Below, piece after piece: positions 41,201-55,368 of a stretch of 64,000 bases of DNA; the stretch's first letter is position 1, and each line of letters opens with the position of its first letter. The stretch is from Octopus vulgaris. Its lineage: Eukaryota. The notes below the pieces were generated by a model, which searched no databases, had not been told where the DNA came from, and saw only the letters and a program-made list of their open reading frames with translations. Both the position numbers and the translations under genes were made by a program. The DNA is taken from the NCBI GenBank assembly GCA_951406725.2, contig OX597828.1, forward strand, positions 21,018,001 to 21,082,000, read 5' to 3'.

Positions 41201-44200
41201 TTTTAAGGGAATTTGGCTGTTATTTCTAGAACTTCGAACGATCGTGTAGAGGCGTCCCCGTCGCCCTGCATCTGATTGTGTTAATGTCGGTGAGGGTGTA
41301 TATATTATCTATATATTTTCCCTCCTTTTTAGTAAAGCTCCCTCTCTCTCTCTCTCTCCCCCCCCTCGATGTGTGTCGTATGCGTGTGTATATATATGTA
41401 TGTGTATACATTCGTTTGTATGTGTGTATGTGAAAATATGTACATGTCATAAAAAGTATATTCGCGTGTATCAATGAAATTATATACGCATGCACAGATT
41501 AATTTTGTAGATAACCTGTGTATGAATACGTGTATATATAGACATGGTTTACGTGTGAATGTATATGTGTACGTATATATGTATGTGCATATATGCATGT
41601 ATATGTGTATATGTATACGTCGATATATAGGTGTATGTGTGTATATGTATATTTTTATAAGTGTGCATATGTATGTGTGTGTATATATATGTATATATTT
41701 TTGTATACGTATTTATGTGTGTGTGTATATATTTGTATGTATATAAGCTCTAACTAGTTTCAGCTCGAAAGCTACGGTCATGCTGGGACAACATCGTTAT
41801 GTTTATATTTGTGTATATAAGTATATATATATGTGTTGAGTTTGATTTGAGAACATAATCTTTTGTGGAGAATGGCGATTTGACGTCTATATCTAGCATG
41901 TTGACTGTCCACTTTTTCGTGTTCAGTCCTTAATTGGTATATATATATATATATATCTGTCTTCAAGTAATTATATGTACGTGTGTCTGTGTGTGCATGC
42001 AGCATTGTGCCAAATAGTTAAGCAGTTCACTTCACTGTCATGTGGTCCTGGTTTCAATCCTACTATGTGGCATCTTGATTCAGTTGTTTTTTTTTGCATT
42101 TTTTTCTTGTTTTTTATCAAAGATTTATTTTGACCCTAGCCTCCTTAGTAAAACTAGGAATATGGAAACTGTACCGAAGCCTATCAGTTTGATTATGCCT
42201 GTCACACACTGCTTCAGGACTACATTAAGTATAAACATGACTGTCGAATACACAACCACTTAATATGAGTAGGCAATGTTATAATTGGTCTGTCCATTGA
42301 TAACTCATTGTTGAAATGGATGGAGGGTCATATATGTAATTATAGATGTAGGTATAGTTGTGTGGTTAGGGTTTGCTTCCCAACCACATGGTTTTGGGTT
42401 CAGTTCTAGTATGTGGCACTTTGGATAAGTCTCTGTTACTGTAGCCATGGACTGACTAAGGCATTGTGCATGAATTTGATAGATAAATTGTATAAAGCTG
42501 TTTGTGTGTATGTGTATATAACAAACACACACACACACACACACACTCATATATAAGGCATGACTGTATGGTAAGAAGCTTGCTTCCCGACCACATAGTT
42601 CAAGGTTCAGTCCCACTGCATGGTACCTAGCGCTAGTGTCTTACTATAGCCTTGGGCCGACCAAAGCCTTGTGAGTGGATTTGGTAGATAGAAACTGAAA
42701 GGCGGCGAGCTGGCAGAAACGTTAGCACGCCGGGCAAAATGCTTAGCGATATTTCATCTGCTGTTACATTCTGAGTTCAAATTCTGCTGAGGTCGACTTT
42801 GTCTTTCATCCTTTCAGGGTTGATAAATGCACTGGGGTCGATGTAATCAACTAATCCATTTGTCTGTCTTTGTTTGTCTCCTCTATGTTTAGCCCCTTGT
42901 GGGCAATAAAGAAATAAGAAACCAAAAGAAGCTTGTCATATATATTTGTGTCTATGTTTGTCCCCCTCATCATCACATGATAACTGGTGTCGGTGTGTTT
43001 ATGTCCCTGTAACTTGGTGGTTCAGCAAAAGAGATTGATATAATAAGTACTAGTCTTAAAATAAGTCCTGGGTTTATTTGTGCAACTAAAACATCCCTCA
43101 AGGCAGTGCTCCAGCATGGCAACAGTCAAATGACTGAAACAAGTGAAAGAAGAAAGGATATATGTTTGTATGGATTAATTATAGTATTCAATGGAATCTA
43201 GGCACATCAACATGTAGGATGCAAGAAATGGCTAGGTACAATAACATACTTTCATGGTTGTTTTACCTCAGCGCCGCCCCGATTGGCCTCATGCCGGTGG
43301 CACGTAAAAAGCACCATCCGTTCGTGTCCGTTGCCAGCCTCGCCTGGCCCTCGTGCCTGTGGCACGTAAAAAGCACCCACTACACTCACGGAGTGGTTGG
43401 CATTAGGAAGGGCATCCAGCCGTAGAAACACTGCCAGATTTGACTGGGCCTGATGAAGCCTTCTGGCTTCACAGACCCCAGTAGAACCGTCCAACCCATG
43501 CTAGCATGGAAAACGGACGCTAAACGATGATGATGATGAGGTAAAACAACCGTGAAAGTATCAAGTGTTTGTAGGATACTGAATACAAGTAAGTACCAAA
43601 AATCTAATTTAATCCATAGACTGAGGGCTGGTTCTCAGTGTATTTATAAAAAGAAACACAAATGGTGTTAAATTTTAAACTCCGTTTGTGTTTATATTGT
43701 AGGGTGGATCATTTTTTTTTTTTTTCATGATTTTCGAGTTTATGATGGGGGTAGTATGGAAAAGTTGTGAATGGACATCAAAATAACTCATGTAAGCTCT
43801 TAGAACACAGTAAAATTATCTTCTGTCTCCACAAACGCATCGAAAAATGGAAAAAGTGGAAAAATAAACGCCTCTACTTAAGGGGCTGGGGAAGTCTGAG
43901 AGTATTAAGGGCTCTCGGGCATAACTGTTTACCAGGCCTCTTTGAAGGGTATAGTCAGACACATTGACCTCAGTCGAACTGTCTAACCTGTGCCAGCATG
44001 GAAAATGGACAATAAACGATGATGATGGTGATATATATGTATATATATATTTATCATTTCATATCATGTATCATATCATACAGGCAAGAAAGCAATATTT
44101 CGAACGCAATATAGCCATGAAAACAGCAGAAAGATTGAGTATTTTACTCTTATAAGATGGAAAAAGTTGTCGGTAGACAGCTGGTATCTTAGAGGTTCAG

Positions 44201-44959
44201 GTCTGAGTCCTGTGGCTGTCATATAAGGGTAAAATATCCAATCTTTTTCATGGCTATAATGCATTCAAAATATTACTTACTTGTCTGTCTGATACAATAC
44301 ACATTCGACGCTTCCAAAACAAAAAAAAGTTTGTTTATATATGTCGTTGCATGCATATGTGTATATATATCATCATCATCGTCGTTTAACGCCTGTTTTC
44401 CATGCTGGCATGGTTTGGACGGTTTGACTGGGGACTGGCAAACCAGCAGGCTGCACCAGGCTCCAATCTGATCTGGCAAGGTTTCTACAGTTGGATGCCC
44501 TTCCTAAAGCCAACCACTCTGAGAGGGTAATGGCTGCTTTTTATGTGCCACCGGCACGGGAGCCAGTCAGGTGGCAATGGCATTGGCCACGTTTAAATTG
44601 TGTTTTTTACATGCCACTGGCATGGGGAGCCAGTCAGGCGGCACTGGCATCGACCTATGCATGAATGGTGCTTATTGTGTGCCACCAGCATGGGAGCCTA
44701 TCAGGCAGCATTGGCATTGGCCACAACTACAATTTCCATTTTGATTAAGATTCTGATAGTAATTTTGATGTTACTTGACTCAATAGGTCACCTCAAGCAC
44801 AGCGTGTCACCCGACAATTCAAAGGTACTTTTTAAATGGGCAGGTTATGCAACATTGGTATTGGCTGTGATCTCACTTTACTTGCCGGGTCTTCTCATTC
44901 ACACCATACCTCCAGAGGTCTTGGTCTCTTGTCATAGCCTCTATGAGGCCCAACTTTCG

Positions 44960-45260
44960 ATGGTTGTGCTTCACCACCTCATCATCCCATGACTTCCACG
45001 GGTTCCTTCCACTGTAGGGAGTGACACATCTTCACACAAATCTCTTCATCCATACGCAGCACATGACCATGCCAGCACAGTCGTCTCTCTTGCACACCAC
45101 ATCTGATGTTTCTTACCTCCAACATTTCTCTCATGGCGCTTACACTGTCGTAAATGCACACTAACATTACACATCCGGCGGATCATACTAGCTTCATTTC
45201 TTTCAAGCCTTCATATGTCCTCAACAGTCATGGCCCATATTTCACTGCTGTATAGCATGG
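44960..45260 (-). pseudogene. RTE LINE ORF C-terminal fragment (related fragment at 53480-53790)
   Basis: MLYSSEIWAMTVED...RLERNEASM...IRCGVQERRLCWHGHVLRMDEE (RLRW.GHV.RM motif). Confidence 0.8.
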
Positions 45261-45287
45261 CAATATATATATATATATATAATTTGT

Positions 45288-45590
45288 GGAGGCGCAATGG
45301 CCCAGTGGTTAGGGCAGCAGACTCGTGGTCATAGGATCGCGGTTTTGATTCCCAGACCGGGAGTTGTGAGTGTTTATTGAGCGAAAACACCTGAAGCTCC
45401 ACGAGGCTCTGGCAGGGGGTGGTGGCGGTCCCTGCTATACTCTTTTGCCACAACTTTCTCTCACTCATTCTTCTGTTGGCCTGCTCACTTAGCCAGCGGG
45501 GTGGCGTCATTTGAAGGCTAAAACAATGTGAAGCGCATTGTGACCAGCGATGTGTAGCAACATCTGATAGCCTGGTCGGTCATGGTGATA
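45288..45590 (+). mobile_element. tRNA-derived SINE with the same head as the 11330-11712 copy and a distinct tail
   Basis: GGAGGCGCAATGGCCCAGTGGTTAGGG...GGTTTTGATTCCC, with a 3' part unrelated to family C. Confidence 0.85.
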
Positions 45591-45627
45591 TATAATTTAT
45601 GATACAAGATGGCATGAACAGGCTTAA

Positions 45628-45847
45628 CCTTTTAGCATTTAGATTTCTTTGTCAAATGTACTGCTTATTTATTCACATTGTTTTGAATTATTCATGCATT
45701 ATCTTGTAGCTTAGAAACCTCAATGGTGTGTTTGTATATTTTTAGAATGACATTGTAGGGTAGGTGCAAGAGGTTGGATGTGGTCAGTTTTATTATTAAG
45801 CAGGTTGAATATTTGAGCCAGATATGGCTGGATTAAATGCTGAAGGG
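45628..45847. mobile_element. TTAA-flanked piggyBac-like MITE
   Basis: TTAA|CCTTTTAGCATTTA...TAAATGCTGAAGGG|TTAA. Related pieces lie near 54020-54280, 54960-55452 and 60520-61744. Confidence 0.65.
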
Positions 45848-46074
45848 TTAATCCAAACCACGACGATTGCTTCTGTGCATTAGTAACAGTTGTTAATTGC
45901 CTATTTTTCTGTGGTGACACGTAAAAGGCACACCCAGGCCACTCTGTAAAGTAATTGACATTAGGAAGGGCATCCAGCTGTGGAAACCATGCCAGAACAG
46001 AAAGTGAAGCCTGGTGCTGTCTTCTGGCTTGCCAGTTCCTTTCAAACCATCCAACCCCATACCTGCATGGAAAA

Positions 46075-46362
46075 TGCAAATATATGGGAAACTACCACCT
46101 GTGTCATCTCTTGTGAAAGGTAGGAGAGTCCAGTTTGCTGGACATTGTTGTAGAGCTGAAAACGAGGTAATTTCTACTCTTCTCCTCTGGAAGCCATCTA
46201 CTCGCAATACCAGAGGGCGCACACTCTCCTACCCTGATGTAATCTCCAGGGATACAGGCATCCAGCAACTGGACCTCCGTAATGCTATGATGGACCGTGA
46301 AGTCTGGCGTAGCATGGTAAATTCCATTGTCTCGACCACGGTCGAACAATGATGATGATGAT
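46075..46362 (+). mobile_element. RTE-type LINE 3' end with an intact C-terminal ORF and a (GAT)n tail
   Basis: IYGKLPPVSSLVKGRRVQFAGHCCRAENE...AMMDREVWRSMV...*, followed by GATGATGATG. Confidence 0.8.
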
Positions 46363-46835
46363 GGTAAATGGTTGTTAAATGATGATGATGACGAAAAGGA
46401 TGGTGATCCGGAAATAGCTGTGTGTACTCCCACGTCATCAGGTGAGCAGTTTGGTTTTGAATGGCTTTGTAGAGGAGCTTTGAAATGCATACAATAAAGT
46501 TATTACCAAGATGATATTAGATGAAATATATATATCATCATTTAATGTCTGTTGTCCATGCTGGCAGGGCTGTAGAGTCAAAGCAAAAAACTTCGACTCC
46601 GTCTCTGACTCCTGCACTATTGGCACCTCTGACTCTGACTCCTCTTTATGTAATTGATTGTGGTCTACATTATAGGCATGTCTCGTCTCTCTAACTTCCC
46701 ATGTCAGGAAGAAACTAATTGCATTCCTTGAAGATAATGACTTTGCTTTCTGATACCCGGAATGTCTTAAGCTCAGGAAGATGCTGCCCTTACACAGCTT
46801 TTGCAACACTGGGTGTTGTGCTCACGTGTGGGTGT

Positions 46836-47250
46836 GATGTATCTCGACTTTGCAAAGGCCTTTGATAAGGTTGATCCATGAGATGATATGTCACAAACTA
46901 CAGAGATTCGGCATAACTGGGGAAATCAGAGAGTGGTTGCATGACTTCTTAACCCTTTCATTACCAACCCGGCTGAAACCGGCTCTGGCTCTGTAGTATA
47001 AATATCTTGTTTTCATAAGTTTTGAATTAAAATCTTCCACCAAACCTTAGTCACAATTTATGCTCCTAACACTAGTTTAATGATAACTAAGCTATTTTAC
47101 TAAATTCTTTGTTATATTTAAAATAATTGAAAGAAACACAGAGCATTTCAAAATAAATACAGTAATGAAAGGGTTAAAAGATAGAAGCCAGGCTGTAACA
47201 GCCAATGGAGCCCTCTCCAAGGAGACAGTAATAGAAAGTGGAGTGCCTCA
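46836..47250 (+). pseudogene. CR1/Jockey-like reverse-transcriptase fragment interrupted by a MITE
   Basis: YLDFAKAFDKVD...ICHKLQRFGITGEIREWLHDFL[insert]KDRSQAVTANGALSKETVIESGVPQ. Confidence 0.85.
46953..47173. mobile_element. piggyBac-like MITE with a TTAA TSD
   Basis: TTAA|CCCTTTCATTAC...GTAATGAAAGGG|TTAA. Removing it restores the RT reading frame. Confidence 0.85.
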
Positions 47251-47901
47251 ACTGCGCTCCGTTGAATATGTTATATGACAGGCAGAAAAGAGAAGATATG
47301 GAAAAGCAGTATTTTTTTAATTATATTTTCTCTCTGGTTTTATGCCGAGAGTAATAAAGACTGAAACTTTACCTTTGATACATATTCATACATACATGTC
47401 TGCTTACACACATGCATATACAATGGAATGTTTATGTACTTGACTCAATAGGTCTCCTCAAGCACACACACACACACATATATAGTCAGCAGTGTTTAGG
47501 CATAAGCGATTTGTGACGTATTTCAACTCCTAAAGGCAAATTCTACTGCAGTTAGCATTGAGGAAAAATTCTCTCTTATGGCAAAAGGTGTAAAAACACT
47601 ATATCTGTCAGGTAATTGCAGTGAATTCTCTTATGAACTCCTCTCATCACAAACATATTGGTTTATGAACAGTTTTTCAAGCATAAAATATCTCGGACAG
47701 CAAATGCTGTCTTAAGTATTGAACATGCAAACTGGCAACACTGGTAGGTGACAAGCTAAGAGTATCAGTGATAGAGTAGTATCAGTTACTGCCTGGTTTT
47801 TATTGAGTACACATTCTTGCTCAAATAAACTGTCCCTTATCTTATGGGAAAATAGTTTCAGTCTATGAAAATTTTGGGTGACAAACAGCCTTCGGGAACT
47901 A

Positions 47902-48344
47902 CCGTATTTGACGGCATATAGGACGCACTTTTTTTCCAAAATATTTGGCTCAAAAAATCGCCCTGCGTCTAATATGCGAAGTCAAGACCCTCCCGTAGGC
48001 TAATCTTCTCCCATGCGCTCACTAACCTAGCTTACGATAAGTATTTCTACCTACGCTAACGCCTTAATGATATTTTCCGTACTCATGCATCATTATTTTA
48101 TTGCTAGTATTATTATTATTATTACCAGTATTATTACTTTAAAATACGAATGGTTAAAAAGATGATTACTATTGTAATTTGTATGATTTCCTTTTGTATG
48201 CTTGCTTTTATACAGCAATGTTTTCTGCTTTTGTAATGTGCTGCTAGACTGCTTTCAACAATACATGCTTAAATACACTTAAAATTTTTTTCCTGAATTT
48301 GACCTGCTGAAATGAGGGTGCGTCTAATATGCCGTCAAATACGG
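47902..48344. mobile_element. TA-flanked pogo/Tigger-like MITE nested in an older Tigger-like element
   Basis: TIRs CCGTATTTGACGGCATATAGGACGCAC / GTGCGTCTAATATGCCGTCAAATACGG. Confidence 0.85.
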
Positions 48345-48434
48345 TAATTAATTTTGTAATCAGAGGTTCCACTCTCTAATACTCTCACTGCATACTCTGA
48401 TACTCTGCCTGTCTTATTGATACAAAATATTTTA

Positions 48435-48670
48435 TACCTATTTCTTTATTACCCACAAGGGGCTAAACATAGAGGGGACAAACAAGGACAGACATAGGTA
48501 TTAAGTCGATTACATCGACCCCAGTGTGTAATTGGTACTTAATTTATCGACCCCGAAAGGATGAAAGGCAAAGTCGACCTCGGCGGAATTTGAACTCTCA
48601 ACGTAATGGCAGACGAAATACGGCTATGCATTTCGCCCGGCGTGCTAACGATTCTGCTAGCTCGCCGCCT
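48435..48670 (-). mobile_element. tRNA-related SINE family B (other copies at about 10925-11140, 29020-29435, 35370-35578, 42700-42915, 62627-62850, 63480-63710)
   Basis: Consensus GGCGGCGAGCTGGCAGAA.CGTTAGCACGCCGGGCGAAATG...GAGTTCAAATTCCGCCGAGGTCGACTTTGCCTTTCATCCTTTCGGGGTCGATAAATTAAGTACC. Confidence 0.85.
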
Positions 48671-48739
48671 ACTTTATTTTATACCAATAATATTTATGAT
48701 TATATTTTATTCCAATATATTTCTTTTTCCTTTTTCCAG

Positions 48740-48796
48740 ATAAACTTTCACCCAAGCTGAAACCAAGCATGGCCTCAAAAAAGAAACTGACACAAG
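48740..48796 (+). CDS. CHAF1A: CHAF1A coding exon 2 (DKLSPKLKPSMASKKKLTQ+G), first half of the PIP1 motif
   Basis: Strong acceptor TTCTTTTTCCTTTTTCCAG, donor CAAG|GTAACC. Splicing to 55478 gives KKLTQARLSFKPL, matching the vertebrate p150 N-terminal PIP1 KKLIQARLPFKRL. Confidence 0.88.
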
Positions 48797-51700
48797 GTAA
48801 CCTTACCATTTATGAAGATTGTTGTTGTTGTTGTTTAATCTCAAGTCTACCTTGATCCACTTTACCTGTGATTAAAGATTTTCCAGTCATGCCCATCTCA
48901 TCCATTTTATTTTTGGTATTTAGAGACAGCCATAGTATAATTAGGTCTGCATTATCTAATGTGTCTTTCTTGGATGTAGATTAACTGATATATCATCAAC
49001 ATCATCATCATAACGTCTGTTTTCCATGCTAGCATGGGTTGGACGGTTCAACCGGGGTCTGGAAAGCCAGGAGGCTGCACCAGGCTCCAGTGTTTCTACG
49101 ATCTGGCAGTGTTTCTACGGCTGGATGCCCTTCCTAACGCTAACCACTCTGTGAGTGTAGTGGGTGCTTTTTACGTGCCACCGGCACAGGGGCCTGAGGA
49201 GGCTGGCAACGGCCACAATCGGTTGGTGCTTTTTATGTGCCACCAGCACGGATGCCAGTCAAGGTGGCACTGGCAACGGCCACGTTCGGATGCTGCTTTT
49301 TATGTGCCACTGGCACAGGTATCACAACTACAATTTCTATTTGATTTTTATTTTGATGTTGATGTACTTGACTCTATAGGTCTCCTCAAGCACACGCACA
49401 CACATATATAGTTAGCAGTGTCAATCCCAAGCAGTGTTTAGGCATAAGTGATTTGTGACGTATTTCAACTCCTAAAGGCAAATTCTACTGCAGTTAGCAT
49501 GGAGGAAAAATTCTCTCTTATGGCAAAAGGTGTAAAAATCCCATATCTGTCAGGTAATTGCAGTGAATTCTCTTAGAAGTTGAAATCTGTCACAAACATG
49601 TTAACTAACCTAAAGTTAGCACACACACACATTTATATATATACATGCATACATATGTGTGTGTGTATGTATATATATAAATATAAAAGCGATTGCATAA
49701 ATAACAAGGGTACAAGAAATTAATATTATGCTTGTGCTAGTAGGGTGCCAAGAGCACCATCCGAGCGTGATCGTTGCCAGAGCAACCGACTGGCTTCCGT
49801 ACCCGTGACATGTAAAAGGGCACCATTCGAGCATGATCGTTACCAACGTCGCTTCACTGGCACGTGTAAAAAGATTTGAGCGAGGTTGTTGCCAGTGCCG
49901 TCTGACTGGCCCCCTTGCCGGTGGCACGTAAAAAGCACCCACTACACTCTCGGAGTGGTTGGTGTTAGGAAGGGCATCCAGCTGTAGAAACTCTGCCAGA
50001 TCAAGATTGGAGCCTGGTGCAGCCATCTGGCTCGCCAGCCCTCACTCAAAATAGTCCAACCCATGCTAGCATGGAAAGCGGACGTTAAACAATGATGATT
50101 AGAATGCTCTATACTCGACTAATGCTGTTCTCTGAAGCATGCATATTCAGTTCTCATGCCAGGTTATTAGTATCACTAATCCTAAATGAAATATATATAT
50201 ATATAGTACCCTTGCTGGTGACACGTAAAGGGCGCCCTTGCTGGTGACACGTCATGGGTGCCCTTGCTGGTGACACATAAAGGGAACCCTTGCTGGTGAC
50301 ATGTAAAAGACACACAGTACACTCTGTAAAGTTGTTGCCATTAGGAAGGGCATCTAGCCATGGAAACCAAGGTGAAACGGACATCTGGAGTCTGGTGCTT
50401 ACGAACTCAAATCAGTCTAACCCATTCCAGCATGGAAAACGGATGTTAAATAATCATGATGATTGATAGGTATGTATGTTTGTGTGTATGTGTGTCCATG
50501 TGTTAATATATATGTCAAGTCACTCTTAAACTCTTAGTGTTTCTGGTAGCATAGAACCCAGTACAACCTCAACAAGAAGGAAAATTCTGATGTAACAGTT
50601 GTGACTTTGTTTGCATATAATGATGAAGACGAGTTTTTTATAAGCAAATCCTTACATTTTTCAGAGGGTGGGGTCAGCCCTGTGCAAGTCATTTCCTCAC
50701 TTGAAAACTTTTGAAGCACAGGCATTGCTGGATTATTAACGTTTCTGCTTTGTGTTGCATTCTATGGCTGGGCGTAGCTTAGAAAGACAAAACACTTAAT
50801 GAAAAATTCAATGGTAGAATGCTTTGCAATATTCATTACAGTTCCCTGCATTCTGAGTTCAAATCTTGCTTGAGTCAACCTCACCTTTCATCCTTTCGGA
50901 GGTTGAATAAATATCAACTGAGTGCTGGAGTTCAGCACTAGCGTCAGTTCTTTTATTCTCTCTTTCTCACATTCTTCCACTCTCTGGATGTACCGTATTT
51001 TAATGTGTATAAAGAACCCTCGTGTATAAGGCACCCCTTAATTTTCTGGGCCTGAAATTTGGAAAAAAAGGTTTTGTAAGGGATTATAATACTAAGAAAC
51101 TCCCATATTTTTTTAACTTAATTTTTCACAAAAAAAGGTTTCCTTATAGGCGCAGGAGTGGCTGTGTGGTAAGTAGCTTGCTTACTAACCACATAGTTTC
51201 GGGTTCAGTCCCACTGCGTGGCACCTTGGGCAAGTGTCTTCTACTATAGCCTCGGGCCGACCAATGCCTTGTGAGTGGATTTGATAGAAGGAAACTGAAA
51301 GAAGCCCATCGTATATATATATATATATATGTGTGTGTATCTTTGTGTGTCTGTGTTTGTCCCCCTAGCATTGCTTGACAACCGATGCTGGTGTGTTTAT
51401 GTCCCCGTCACTTAGCGGTTCGGCAAAAAGAGACCGATAGAATAAGTACTGGGCTTACAAAGAATAAGTCCCGGGGTCGATTTGCTCGACTAAAGGCGGT
51501 GCTCCAGCATGGTCGCAGTCAAATGACTGAAACAAGTAAAAGAGTAAAAAGCTATACACGTTAAAAGTACGGTAATTTGGTTGTGTTCAGACCTGGAGAG
51601 GGATAGGCCTATGTGAGGTTTAAATTGCCTGATGCATCTTATGTTGCGACAGTGCCTTTACTTCTCCCTTGCAGATCGGGTGCCCACCAGCACACATCAG

Positions 51701-54700
51701 CAACTCCAAAATTTCCCAGAATTTATATCTATATTTAGGAAGTAGCTGGGCCTGTACCATCAAAAATGATGGCTAATTGTAGTATTTTAGATATAAATCA
51801 TCATCATCATCATCATCGTTTAGCATCCGCTTTCCATGCTAGCATGGGTTGGACGGTTCAACTGGGGTCTGGGAAGCCAGAACGCTGCACCAGGCCCAGT
51901 CTGATCTGGCACTGTTTCTACGGCTGGATGCCCTTCCTAACGCCAACCACTCCAAATATGGATGGTAATTCAAATTAGTACACTTGTCAATGTTATTTAG
52001 TGATTGTCTTTTAAGATGTGACATTGACACACACAAACATTCACATACCACCCCTTTTACATACACACATATACTCACGCTGATTTGAAACGCTCCCACT
52101 ACCGGTTTGCCATCACCCATTCCTTTCTCATTCATATGTTGTGACGGAGAAAAACACGAGTATTATTATTATAGTAAATGGTGTCCAGCCAATACAGACG
52201 ATGCTGAAGATGACATGGGAGCTCATTGCAGCTCTGCAGCTTAATGGGTTCCTGTCAGGCCATGCTACCCGTGCCAGCATGGAAAGCAGATGTTAAATGA
52301 TGCTGATGTTTATATTTATAATTTTGTGTGTGAAAAAAAATATGCACACAGGCATGTCATGGCTGTATGGTGAGAAGGCATGGTTCCAGGTTCAGTCCCA
52401 CTGGATGGCACCTTGGGCAACTGTCTTTTACTATAACCTCAGGCAGACCAAAGCCTTGTGAGAGAATTTGAAACTGTAAGAAGCTTGTTGTATCTGTGTG
52501 TGTGTGTGTGTGGTCTTTGTCTCCCACCCCACCGCTTGACAACCAGTGTTGGTGTGGTTACATCCCCGTACTTGAGTGATTCAGCAAAAGAGACTGATTG
52601 AATGAGTATTGGGCTTTAAAAAAAAGGCACTGGGGTCGATTTGTTTGACTAAAACCCTTCAAGGCAGTGCCCCAGCATGGCCGCAGTGAAATAACTGAAA
52701 CAAGTAAAAGAAAGATATACATACGTTTGTGTATGTGTATATGTACATGCATATGTGTGTGTGTGTATATATTGTATATAGGCGTAGGAGAGTGGCTGTG
52801 TGGTAAGTAGCTTGCTTATCAACCACATGTTTCTGGGTTCAGTCCCACTGCATAGCACTTTGGCCAAGTGTCTTCTACTATAGCCTTGAGTTGCCCAAAT
52901 CCTTGTGAGTGGATTTGGTAGACGGAAACTGAAAGAAGCCCATCATATATATATGTATGTGTGTGTGTTTGTATGTCTGTGTTTGCCCCCCATCCACCCA
53001 ACATCGCTTGACAATCGATGCTGGTGTGTTTACGTCCCCGTAACCTAGCAGTTCGGCAAATGAGACCGATAGAATATGTACTAGGCTTACAAAGAATAAG
53101 TCCTGGGGTCAATTTGCTCGACTAAAGGTGGTGCTGCAGCATGGCCACAGTCAAATGACTGAAACAAGTAAAAGAGTAATGAGTATATCATCATCATCAC
53201 TATCACCATCATTTAACGTCTGTTTTCCATGCTGGCCAGCTGAAGAACTGCCCAGGTTCTTGTCTGTTTTGGCATGGTTTCTATGGCTGGATGCCCTTCC
53301 TAATGCCAACCACTTTACAGAGTGTACTGGGTGCTTTTATACAGCACCAGCACTTACAAACCCACAAGATTGGGGATGCTCATCTTGCAAGAGATGCAGC
53401 AGGGAACGAGCCTGTATACAGGGGCAACAACACTTTTACTTGGGTTGACATGTCTTTCCAAGCACAGCAAACCGTCAGGAGTCACAGTTCCCTGCCAAAG
53501 CCTCTATGATTCCCATTTGTAGATCCTTTCTCACCACTTTATACCACGTCTTCCTACATGTACCCCTTCCACTTGGTCCCTCTAAAATTAGAGAGCAACA
53601 CTTCTTGGTGCAACTGTCCTCATCGATAAGCATTACATGGCTGTACCAGCACACTGTTCTCTTACACACACTACATCTGATGCCACAGATACTCAGTTTT
53701 TCTCTCAAATCACATACACTGTCCTATATGCACCCTGACATTACCCATCCAGCAGACCATACTGTCTTCATTTCTTTCAAGGCTTCACACATGTATATAC
53801 ATATATATATATAATACACACACACACACACACATCACATATATATGTGTATAAAACTGAAAAGTGGAAAATGTTTTGGTGTTATTTATTCCATACTACT
53901 GAACTTGTTCCTTGGAGGGGAACTTTCTAGGTGCAATCCCATGGTCAGTCATGACCAAAGGGAGTCTTGACCTATTAACTGGTTTCATCTGGTTTTGATA
54001 AACATATTTTTTTTTTTACTCTGTCAAATGTAATATTTAGTAATTCACATTATTTTGAATTAATCATGTGTTATCTCATAGCTTCTAGATTTCAATACTG
54101 TCGTTGTTTATTTTAAGAATGACATTGTAGGGTAGGTGTGAGAGGCCAGCTTTAACATAAGATATGTAGAATATTGGGGCTGGATATGGCCAGTTAAAGT
54201 TAAACACATTTCTAATCTGTATTCAATTATTCATTTGTGGTATATTCAATTTAACCCTTTAGCATACAGATTCTCTTCCTTCACTCTACCGTCCCATTTA
54301 TATTCTAATCCCCATCCTTTGTGAGTATGCTCCAGCACTTAACCACCATCTCTCTCTTGCTGTCTCCCACACTCACCCCCTCTCTCTCTCTCTCTCTCAT
54401 TCTCTAGCTCTTCCATCAGGCTAGGTAGCCATGTATCTCCTTTACAGCAGCACGCCTGTTTCTGTTCTCATTCTTGATCACTCTCCCTCTCTGTCTATCT
54501 CTCTGCTCAGGTTACCATGTACCTCCTCTACTGCAAGACACCTGTTTCTATCTCTCTATCATGCTCTAACGTTTCATCTGACGTGACCACCTCCTCCAAT
54601 GCTCCCACTCCTCTCGAAGGATCTTTGTCTTGTGAGTTACTTGTTCATCCTGCCAGTGCTGGTGCCCACATAAAAAGCATCTAGTCCACACTGTGAAGTG

Positions 54701-55079
54701 GTTGGCATTTGGAAGGGCATCCAGCTGTAAAAACCATGCCAAAATTGACCTTGCCTGTGTCCTGGTGCCACATAAAAAGCACTCGGTCCACTCTGCTGGA
54801 TGGTTGGAGTCAGGAAAGGCATCCGACCATAAAAAAAACCATGTCAAAACAAACAAAGAAGTCTGGTGCAGGCTCCTGGCTGGTTCCTTTCAAATGGTCC
54901 AACACATTCCACCGTGGAAGACAGATATTATACGATGATGACGATGACAATTACGATGATTACTCTGTCAAATGTAATGCATATTTCTTCACATTGTCTT
55001 GAATTAATCCTGCATCATCTCATACCTTTTGAGATTTCAATTATGAGATTGTCTGCTTTAAGAATGACATTGCAGGGTA

Positions 55080-55368
55080 GACACTTGCTGCCGACCGCTC
55101 ATCCTGGCGCAGCGCAATCACCACAGGAGCAGGGACAGCCGAGGAGGGACGGATTCAGTCAGCAGAGCAGAAACGCCAGATGCGGAAAGCCAGAGCCGCC
55201 TGCACCAGTAGCATGGCCCCTACCCAATTCTGCCCCACCTGTGGGAGGGGCTTCCTTGCCCGGATTGGCCTCACCAGCCACCTCCGGTCTCATAGCGGCA
55301 GTTCCACCAGATGATGTCAGTGGTCATCTTCGAACCCGAATGACGAACATTATTATTATTATTATTAT
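55080..55368 (+). mobile_element. RTE/BovB-like LINE 3' end with a terminal C2H2 finger
   Basis: AEQKRQMRKARA...CPTCGRGFLARIGLTSHLRSH...*, followed by a short UTR and a (TAT)n tail. Confidence 0.8.
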
